This document shows, piece after piece, positions 46,595-56,502 of a stretch of 64,000 nucleotides of DNA (the stretch's first letter is position 1; every line of letters starts with the position of its first letter). The notes beneath the pieces are model-generated. The model was not told the origin of the DNA, searched no databases, and saw only the letters and a list, made by a program, of their open reading frames with translations. The stretch spans positions 1 to 64,000 of the forward strand of contig JAXLNO010001373.1 of the NCBI GenBank assembly GCA_038087875.1, given 5' to 3'. Source of the stretch: Malacoraja senta. Its lineage: Eukaryota. The translations under genes were made by a program, and so were the position numbers.

Positions 46595-46944
46595 GTCTAA
46601 AGGCAAACATATCCCTGATCCAATCCCCAGGAGCTCTGGTGGTGCGTGAAGGTGAAACAGTGGAGATACGGTGTGTCCTGAACAGCACCAATGTGAATTA
46701 CATTGTGAAAGTATTCGACATTCACTGGTACAACTCACGTAATGGAAGAAAAATACTTAGTCTTTATGACAATGGCGGCACTCACAGGTCACCGGGCTTC
46801 TCCGATCGATTTCAGCTTTCCAGGAATGACATCAGAACAGCTACTCACTGACCATCAGAGAGGTGGAGATTGCCGACTCTGCTGATTACATCTGTGGCAT
46901 TTGGGGGCCTATATTTGGAATTGGAACCCAGCTGAATGTAACCA
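46595..46944 (+). pseudogene. IgSF germline-joined VJ exon 1 (1-bp frameshift)
   Basis: Acceptor CCACAG|, donor |GTGAGT, phase 1-1. (G)LKA-NISLIQSP...C...HW...FSDRF; after adding 1 nt near 46834 it reads NSYSLTI...DSADYIC-GIWGPI-FGIGTQLNVT. 350 bp, one short of 351. Confidence 0.88.
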
Positions 46945-47244
46945 GTGAGTATTTAAATTGGTTCTATTTCCAATCCTAACATCACGAGGAATCATGATGT
47001 CATGTTGTCAGTTTTAAAGAGACAGACATCATTAGAAGTTCATACTGCAAAATAGAGAATGAAAATAGGCCAAAATTATTTTTTAACTGAATAATGCAGA
47101 TCACTCGTCACTGCGTTCTGAGATCAGGATGGAGAATGTAATTCGGCATTGCCAGAGACGTATACATAGTGTGAACAGATGAATGTAAAGAAATTACAGT
47201 ATAGGTAGGTTAGTTCCTTCATTTATAATCACTTTGCTTGAGTT

Positions 47245-47345
47245 AACTTTATTGTCACGTCTACCGAGGTACAGTGAAAATATTTTGTTGCCTGCTAACC
47301 AGTCAGCGGAAAGACAATACCTGATTACAATTGAGCCGTTCACAG
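47245..47345 (-). mobile_element. LINE 3'-end fragment (related copy about 50868-51070)
   Basis: TTTATTGTCAC.T.TACCGA..TACAGT.AAAA...GCTAACCAGTCAGCGGAAAGA shared by both copies. Confidence 0.6.
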
Positions 47346-47868
47346 TTTATGCGCAGTCACTATTAGTTGCACCATCTGCCACACTGAGATCAATTCCTCA
47401 ATGGACAGCATGAGCTCAGTGGACTGAAGGACCTGTTTCCATGCTGCATCTCTACAATAAAGTAAACTAAACATTACCACCTCAATGATCTATTGGCACT
47501 ATTTCCATACATTCTTATTCCTCCAATATACAGAGATCTGCTTATCTCCGTGTAGCGAGCAACAAAGGACTAAATAGACGACGAAACAAAGCTAAATGAA
47601 AATGAAATCCCCATTGTGAGGCAACACCACCCAACACTGGAGGGAGAGAGAGAGAAAGAAAGAGAAAGAGAGTGAAAGATAATCGTGAACAGGGAGAAAG
47701 TTGCAATCAGCAGCAATCATTATTTTAATACCAGATGCTAACCTAGTTAGCATCACTTTTACATGAGGTTATCTAATGTCAAAGGATGAATGTATTTTAA
47801 GTTGAAACACATAAAGTATTTAGCAACCCCAACATTAGTGTTCATCTGTTGATATTTTCCCTTTCAAG

Positions 47869-48213
47869 TTGCAAATCCTCCAATCCTGATCCAATTCCCG
47901 AGGCTGGAGCGTGTCACTGAGGGTCACATGGCACGGTTCTGGTGCTCCATGGAGAACGCTGAAGTGGGAAACACTGACGTCCACTGGTACCGTGAACTAC
48001 CCGGGCAGGGCATGACGTGGGTTTTAACACACGAGGCAGGAGGTAGCGTACGAAGGAGACCAGGCTTCACTGAGCGGTTCCAGCCGTTCAAAGACGCCTC
48101 CAACAGCAGCTTCATCCTGAAGGTCACAAACGTGATGCTCAATGACTCTGCCGTCTATTACTGCACAGTGTGGGGAGATATCAGAGGGAATGGAACCCAA
48201 CTCAACGTAACCA
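47869..48213 (+). CDS. IgSF germline-joined VJ exon 2
   Basis: TTTCAAG| acceptor, |GTGAGT donor, 345 bp, open. ANPPILIQFP...WC...VHWYRELPGQ...TERF...DSAVYYC-TVWGDI-RGNGTQLNVT. Confidence 0.92.
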
Positions 48214-48589
48214 GTGAGTACAAATTAAGTTGGTTTTATTCACCTATGTGTAACTCTATTGGGTGTAATTCACTTCCCTTGAATTGGCACATGTACCGGG
48301 AGTACTGAGAGAGTAAGGAGATCATACTGGAGCCCTGATTCTGGAGACCAAAACATTGTGGCCCCTCACTAATGGTGTGAGCACTGATATGGTAACTGAT
48401 CTGTATGTGAGTTCTGGGTTGTGGGAAATAAATTTCAATGTGCAGTGTGTTCTTCATTGTAGAGAAAACTAGAAACATTGTTCAGTGCTCAGTGTAATAG
48501 CAGGGCACTGCTCACAGCTGTTTGAGTTAAGGTACAGGAGAGCAGAACGACAACTTGTCATGGCTTTAGATTAACCAATGCTGCCTCCT

Positions 48590-49130
48590 TATTTCAATGG
48601 TTCAATGGTTCAATGGTTCAATAGTTCTTTATTTGTCACACGTGCAACTGTGCAGTGAAATTCTTTTTGCATATTACACATGCTTGTGCCACCATGTTTT
48701 AGCGCCTTTATTCAAAGTGCAACGTCCGGTCAGCCCACAGCTCGATGTACTGGAGTAGTTCCCATGAACCAACGTCCCTCTCCTCTCCTCGCCCAGCCAT
48801 CTTTGTGTCCCGGGGGTGCCTCCAGCAGACTACCTGGAGGCGCTGGAGACATTTCCCTGGTTCAACCTCGCACCGGCCCTTGCTCCTTGTGTCTGACGTC
48901 TCCTGCTCTCTCCCGGTCATGCCAACCGATGAGCCTTTTGACGGGTTCCCTGTCCTGCCGACCGACGAGCCTCCTGGCTTGTTTTCAACCAGGAGGCAGA
49001 GGCAACAACAACAATGTAGTCACTGTAGCCAAGGCCAGGCCTCTGGGACTGGCTGAGAAGAAACAGGTTACACGTTGATAACATGTGTTCATGCTCTCCC
49101 TCAGGCTGACAGTTCATTGTTGTCTGGATC
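48590..49130 (-). mobile_element. Short retroelement-like insert with (TTGAACCA)n-type tail
   Basis: ATGGTTCA tandem at 48597-48622 next to the TTTATT.GTCAC LINE 3'-end motif. Confidence 0.45.
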
Positions 49131-49987
49131 TGAGTCTTTGCTCATCTTCATTGTGTTGATGCGGGCCCCTAATCCATGTTAAATAGTGTGAAGCACGGTT
49201 GAAATTCCCCCTCAATATAATGTCCATGTTCCAGTGAAGTAGATAACTTGTTGCACCATCGGCAGTTAAGGAAAGATAAGAATCCGACACAAAGGCAGAA
49301 GAATAGGGTAGGTGTAAGAACAGAGTCAACGTGGATGTATGAAATGGACATCATGGGTGAGAAATCTTTTAAAGCTCACATTGTTAGATGTTTGTAACTA
49401 GCAAAGTAGGGTAGAATCTCCTGGAGTAACTTGAATGAACAGCAGGTAGGTATTCAAGCTGAGAGGCTGTGACTAGTGAGAGGTGGTGCAGGGTATGGTG
49501 CTGGGACCCTCACTGTTCACAATCGAGGAAGAGGAGACCAAGTATAACATATCCAGGTTAGTTGGTAGGCGATGCAACATGTGAGAGGCTGCAACGGGCA
49601 CAGACAAGTATAAAGAGCAGGACAAGCCAGATGGACTATATCTTCATTCAAAGCATTTTTTTGAATGTTGTGAAACTGTAAGGTCAGAAGAATCTGGGTG
49701 TTCTCATACACAAAATAACTTAAAGTCAACATGTAGATAGAATGAGCAGTTTGGAAGGCAAATAATATATTAAAAAACAAAAGGCACAAGTTGTTGGAGT
49801 AACTCAAAAGGTCAGCCAGCAAGTCCGGAGAACATGGATAAATCTGACATCCTCGATAATCTAACTCTTCAATTATCCTGAGCCTCCCTGGGAAGTATGT
49901 GATGGTATTCAAATTTTAGAAACTGTTACACACTAAATGCTGGAGAAATATGATGCCTTCCATTGAGCTCTATGTATATTCACACAG

Positions 49988-50335
49988 ATCCCCTGGATGA
50001 TCCGGTCCTTATCCAGTCTCCGTCAGTCAGCAAGGTGGCAGAGGGTGTAACTGTGCAGTTGCAATGTGCCTTGCACAATGCCGGTGTGAATGACACTGAC
50101 GTCCACTGGAACCAGCAGCGACCTGGGAAAAACAGCGAGTGGGTAATGAGCCACTTTGTGGATGGCAACGTCACCAGGTCCGGCTGTATCTCTGACTGCT
50201 TTAAGTCTTTCAGGAATGCCATGAGCAACAGTTACATTCTGACAATCGCCAATGTCTCCATCAATGATACTGCTGTCTACAACTGCAGTGTGTGGAGTTA
50301 CATCTATGGAGCCGGGACCCAGCTCAACGTAACTG
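49988..50335 (+). CDS. IgSF germline-joined VJ exon 3
   Basis: CACACAG| acceptor, |GTAAG donor, 348 bp, open. PLDDPVLIQSP...QC...VHWNQQRPGK...DTAVYNC-SVWSYI-YGAGTQLNVT. Confidence 0.9.
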
Positions 50336-52377
50336 GTAAGTCATTGTTTGCCTACACTGACGATAACAGCAGCTCACACTTCAACCTTCGTGCAATGACT
50401 CACCGACACATGGGAACTCTGTACCACTCCCAGTAAAACAGAGAGTGGGGAAGTTATCCATGGCGTGTAAAGTGCAACAGCTAGGAAATAGATAAGTGTG
50501 TGAAAGGACGAGTACAAGGAAACAAAAATCAAAAGTGTCAAAAGTCTCCGCAAATGGTTTGTGGATGAACAACCCTTTGGGTTTGAGTTGTCAGAGATGG
50601 AAGATATTACCAACTAATAGCATAAAGTCAAATAGTCATACAGCGTGGAAACATGCTCTTCTGCCCAACTTGCCCACACAGGCCAACATGTCCCAGCTAC
50701 ACTAGTCCCACCTGCCTGCGTTTGGCCCATATCCCTCCTGTAACAAATCAGAGTAAGGAGAGAATGAGGATAACTTCATATGTTGTTAAAAGGAATAGAT
50801 TAGCTCATAAAAACCAATGGAAGAAGAAATATTATCAAATTCTTAAGAAAAAAGCCAAGCTTAAGGTTATGAGTTTGAGTTTAATTTATTGTCACATGTA
50901 CCGAACTACAGTAAAAAGCTTTTGCGGGCTAACCAGTCAGCGGAAAGATAATACATAATTACAATTGAGCCATCCACAGATACACGATAAAGGGAATAAC
51001 GTAACTAACATTTAATGCTAGATAAACCCAGTGAAGTCCGATCAAAGATAGTCCAAGGATCTCCAATGTAGATATTAGTTCCAGAGGAACTCAGCAGGTC
51101 AGCCAACATCTGTGAAGGTAAATGGACAGACAGTGTTTCGGGTCAAGACCTCTTCAGACTGATGGAGCAGGAGAGCTGGTGGAAAGAGGTGAGGGAGTAG
51201 GGGTGGAGCAAGAGCTTGCAAGTGACAGGTAGACTCGTATATGGAAGGGTTGATTGTCAGATGAATGAGGTGCACGAGGAATAGGGGAAGATATTAACGA
51301 AGAGGTGATAAGCGGAGAAGACAAAAGATAACAAATAATGAATTCTGGTAAGAAAAAGTGTGAAATAAGATGTAGAACCCGAGGGCGGATGGTGAGGCAG
51401 ATTGGAACTGGAAGGGGGAGGTGATGTGGCAGATATAGGTACCCAGAGGGGCTAGGGGTGTGTAATGACTAGCGAGTGAAAGACAAGTATGCGTGAGAGG
51501 ATTTTTTAATCTGCACGTTCTTTGTAGCTTGTTCAGTGCCTTCTGAAAGTCCAAATTCACATCAGCTAGTTCTCCCTTATCTATGCTGCCAACTACAATC
51601 TCAAAAATGTGCTGATTTGTGGAATATGATTTCCTTTACAAAAACCTTTTGACTCTACCCAGTCCTGATATATTCCAAATGCCCCACTTCCTTAAAATAA
51701 TTAATAATAGATTACAGCTCTTCCCTCATCCACACTTCCCCTCATAATCTTGTGTGCTGATCTACACTCTCAACTCATCCGTCTCACTTGCTGTGCTTCT
51801 TGCTTTAAAGTAAATGCAGTTAAACCTACCGGTCCTCTCAAGCTCCCCCTCCCATCTCTGCCAATGCTTTCACTGGACTTGCCTGTTCTATTTTCTACAT
51901 ATGAGTCCTCTTTCATTCTAGGTCCCAACCCCATGTCTCATTAGTTTAAACTCTCTTGAGTAGCACGAGCAAACCCCTCCACAAACTCATTCAGAACTTG
52001 TTAGGCCCCATGGCACAGGTTATATAATATTGCAGGATCACTGAACTCAGTAACATTGTTCTGGTTTTAAGTATCACAAGAGCCCATTCCTGTGCTGTAC
52101 ACATCTATAGCCCGAATCAAAAGGATTCCATATTGCGTGCTATAGAATGACTTCTTCTTGCATACACCATGCACAGCCTAACAAAACACTACATCTATTT
52201 GTTTGTGCACGTTGGGTTGATTGCATTAGTCGAAACAGGGTGGACCACGTGAAGGTTGCAATCTCCCACCCCATAGAATGACTAAAACAATTCTATAAAT
52301 TTAGTGTTAGATTCTGTGCACTCTTTAAGCATGGTTGTGCTGAGTGTTTTTTTAAGAAGACGTATTTTCCATTAAAG

Positions 52378-52722
52378 ATGCAAATCCTCCGATCCTGATC
52401 CAATTCCCGAGGCTGGAGCGTGTCACTGAGGATGACACGGCACGGTTCTGGTGCTCCATGGAGAACGCTGAAGTGGGAAACACTGACGTCCACTGGTACC
52501 GAGAACTACCCGGGCAGGACATGGAGTGGGTTTTAACACACGAGGCAGGAGGCAGCGTACGAAGGAGACCAGGCTTCACTGAGCGGTTCCAGCCATTCAA
52601 AAACACCTCCAACAGCAGCTTCATCCTGACGGTCACAAACGTGATGCTCAATGACTCTGCCGTCTATTACTGCACAGTGTGGGGAGATATCAGAGGGAAT
52701 GGAACCCAGCTCATTGTCACTA
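52378..52722 (+). CDS. IgSF germline-joined VJ exon 4 (paralog of exon 2)
   Basis: TTAAAG| acceptor, |GTAAGT donor, 345 bp, open; 19 differences from exon 2 by manual count. Confidence 0.92.
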
Positions 52723-53574
52723 GTAAGTTCAGTTTACACAAAACTAAATGATCTCTGTTAGTGAAAATATAGAGCATGCCAGGGGTGGGATAGCGGTTTT
52801 GCGCGTTCATTTTTATGTCAGTTTACAATATTTACAATGTTAAAAACATTAAAAGTATTGAATCTTGTAGTTTTCATAGTCATACAGCGTGAAAACAGGC
52901 CCTTTGGCCCAACTTGCCCATACCGATCCATTTGCATGTATTTATTTATGCTTTCTAACGAATTAGACAGACAAATACACATCTGATGGCTATTTGTGGA
53001 GCATCACTTTTCTGCCCCGGCTCCTAACTCCAAGCTTACAGTCACACTTTACCTTAGTGAGTTAGCCTGAATCTGACCCCACCATCTTGTGCTCACCGAA
53101 CTGGGCCCCATCCTTCAACATTATAACCTTCCAGGGACAACAATTAATTAAATAATTTCCTATTGAACTCGCTCATCCCCCACCCTCTTTGCTGTTACAC
53201 CACTACACCTTCTAGTAACTGTTAATGTTCCTTGATTGGTAGCAGCATTGAGTGTAAAAGTCAGGATGTCATGCCAGGGATAATGGTGGAGGCAAATATA
53301 ATAGTGGTGTTTAAGAGACTTTAGAGGCTTTTAGTTTGGGATATGTTTCACATGTAGGTAGAGAAGGTTAGTTTAATTTTGCAAAGGGCCGGTTCTATAC
53401 TTCCTGACTATACTGTTTTATGATCTAATGAAGCACTCTGCTCCCTTTATCCCTCACATCCCCCTTTCTTCCTTCCCACCCTCCCCTCTCCCCCTCCTCT
53501 GTGCCCCACCTGGACTCGCACATATTTCTCCCCTCCCCCTCCATCTACATTCCTTCCTCTGGCTTCATAACTTC

Positions 53575-54500
53575 AATCATTTTGTCCTCACATGGGCATG
53601 GATATGAGTGACTGGGACGTTGTAGCCATGACTGAAACCTGGTTAAGGGAGGGGCAGGACTGGCAGCTCAATGTTCTGGGGTACAGGAGCTTCAGGAGAG
53701 ACAGGGCTGAGAGAAAAAGAGGATGGAGGTTGCATTGTTGGTTAAGGAGGATGTCACGGCTGTGTTCGGAGGTGACATTACGGACGGTTCGTCTAGTGAG
53801 GCTATATGGGTGGAGCTGAGGAACAAGAAAGGGATGGTTACCTTGTTGGGGGTGTGCTACAGACCCCCAAATAGTCAATGGGAATTAGAAGAAGAAATGT
53901 GCCAGGAGATTGCAGACAGCTGCAGGTCAAATAAGGTTGTTGTAGTAGGGGATTTTAACTTTCCCAAGATAGACTGGGAAAATCATAGCGTGAAGTGTTT
54001 AGACGGGGTGCAATTCATCAAAAGTGTTCAGCAGAGTTTTCTTAAGCAGCATGTGGAGGCCCCCAGACATGAGAGGGAAAAGCTGGATCTAGTATTGGGA
54101 AAATGGGAAGGGCAAGTTAATGAAGTGCGTGTGGAGGAGCCTTTTGGACCAGAGTTCGATTATGTTTAAGATAGTTATGGATAGGGACGGGGAGGGTCCA
54201 CGTGTTAAAATGCTCAACTGGGGTAAGGCCAACTTTGAGGGTATGAGAGAAGGTCTCGCTAAAGTTGACTGGAGTAGGTTATTTGAGGGAAAAGGAACAT
54301 CGGCCAAGTGGAGTGACAGGCAAACGTAAGGAAGCTTAACTGACGAGGAAATTGAGACGTTAGTTAAAAACAAGATTGAAGCATGGGACAGGTTTAGGCA
54401 ACTGGGATCAAGTGCATCCCTGGCGGAGTTTCGGGAACTAAGTAGTAAACAAAAAATGGAAATCAGAAGGACAAAAAGGGCCAGGAGATAGCTCTGGTGG
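53575..54500 (+). mobile_element. CR1 ORF2 endonuclease fragment
   Basis: VAMTETWL...LGVCYRPP...VGDFNFP motifs, frameshifted. Confidence 0.8.
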
Positions 54501-55029
54501 GTAGCATTAACAGAGCTGCCAAGTAGTACGGATTTTCCGTATTTTGTACAGAAATGCGATAAGAATACTGATGTACGATTTTGTGTTGTTAAATACGGAT
54601 TTTAAATACGGAGTTCAGTTCAGTCTGAAGGAAGGGTCTCGACCAGAAACGTCACCCATTCCTTCTCTCCAGAGTCGCTGCTGTTCTGCTCCAGGTTTAC
54701 ACAGAGTGCTATCAGTTTAACACGTGGGAATTTAAACAAAGAGCTGTCGACTGCGCGCTGTGGGTTCCAAATATAGTGCTGCCGGCTGGAGTGCTATGGG
54801 CTTTAAACATAGCGCTACGGGCTTTACTATGGCCACAGCGCTATGGGTCACAGACTGTTCAGGAAAATTCTCGTATAACAATGAGTCTTTGGAATTCTCT
54901 TTGAGCCTTTGATTCTTTTTCAGGCAGTGGTAGAATTCTGGATAAGCCTAGTGGTGAAAGGTTACCAGTGGGATTGCAGTTACATTGGGATTGGCCTTGA
55001 TTTTACAGAACGGCGGTTGTGCTCAAGGG

Positions 55030-55292
55030 GGAGAGAGGGAGAGGTGGAGAGAGGGAGAGAGGATGCAGAGGGGAGGGGGAGAGGGAGAAGGAGAGAGAGA
55101 ATGAGGGAGGGAATAAGAGAGGGAGGGAAAAAAAGGAAGGAGAGATAGAGAGGGAGAGAGGGAGGGAGAGAGGGAAGGCGGGAGGGAGAGAGGGGGAGGG
55201 GTGGAGAGGGAGGGGGAGGGAGGGAGAGGGAGAGAGAGGAAGGAGGGAGAGGAAGGAGGGAGAGAGAGGGAGCGAGGGAGGGAGAGGGAGAC
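55030..55292. repeat. G/A-rich low-complexity tract
   Basis: Nearly pure purine sequence. Confidence 0.9.
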
Positions 55293-55384
55293 TTCCAAAA
55301 TGGATTCTACATCATCATCTGGTGCTAAAAGCAGGAAGCAGCCGTTCAAACAGCAGTATACAAAGAGATGGCAATGAATGCACT

Positions 55385-56502
55385 GTTTAGTAAGGTGCAT
55401 CTGCCAACTCCCCCAACCTGTCCAAGTCACCCTGCATTCTCATAGCATCCTCCTCACAGTTCACACTGCCACCCAGCTTTGTGTCATGTGCAAATTTGCT
55501 ATTGTTACTTTGAATCCCTTCATCCAAATCATTGATATATATTGTAAATAGCTGCGGTCCCAGCACCGAGCCTTGCAGTACACCACTAGTCACTGCCTGC
55601 CATTCTGAAAGGGACCCGTTAATCCCTACTCTTTGTTTCCTGTCTGCCAACCACTTCTCTATCCATGTCAGCACTCTACCCCCAATACCATGTGCCCTAA
55701 GTTTGCCCACTAATCTCCTATGTGGGACCTTATCAAATGCTTTCTGAAAGTCCAGGTACACTACATCCACTGGCTCTCCCTTGTCCATTTTCCAAGTTAC
55801 ATCTTCAAAAAATTCCAGAAGATTAGTCAAGCATGATTTCCCCTTCGTAAATCCATGCTGAATCGGACCGACCCTGTTACTGCCATCCAAATGTTCGGCT
55901 ATCTCATCTTTTATAATTGACTCCAGCATCTTCCCCACCACCGATGTCAGGCTAACTGGTCTATAATTCCCCGTTTTCTCTCTCCCGCCTTTCTTCAAAA
56001 GTGGAAAAATATTAGCTACCCTCCAATCCACAGGAACTGATCCTGAGCCTATAGAACATTGGAAAATTATCACCAATGCATCCACGATTTCTAGAGCCAC
56101 TTCCTTAAGTACTCTGGGATACAGACCATCAGGCCCTGGGGATTTAACTGCCTTCAGTCCCATCAGTCTATCCAACACCATTTCCTGCCTAATGTGGATT
56201 TCCTTCAGTTCCTCTGTCACCCCAGATCCTCTGGCGACTACTATATCAGGAAGATTGTTTGTGTCCTCCTTAGTGAAGACAGATCCAAAGTACCTGTTCA
56301 ACTCATCTGCCATTTCCTTCTTCCCCATAATAAATTCACCTTTTTCAGTCTTCAAGGGACCAAATTTTGTCTTAACTAATTCTTTCCTCTTCACATACCT
56401 AAATAAGCTTTTACTATCCTGCATTATATTCTTGGCTAGCTTACCTTCGTACCTCATCTTTTCTCCCCGTATTGTCTTTTTAGTTATCTTCTGTTGTTCT
56501 TT
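55385..56502 (-). mobile_element. CR1 ORF2 RT fragment, continued at 63697-63900 beyond the L1
   Basis: KSPGPDG...NYRPVSL...[11 protein letters not shown]...[11 protein letters not shown]. The reading WVMFKEQQKR continues across the L1 TSD. Confidence 0.9.

Noticed and set aside
46595-52722. A rearranging Ig light-chain or TCR V cluster
   Set aside because: V and J are in one exon ending in a splice donor, and there are no heptamer-spacer-nonamer signals or separate J segments. No gene symbol is assigned.
54510-54900. Possible hAT-like MITE starting CAGAGCTGCCAAG
   Set aside because: No matching right TIR or TSD found.
55019-55430. Glu/Arg/Gly-rich ORF
   Set aside because: Purine-rich low-complexity tract joined to a CR1 end.
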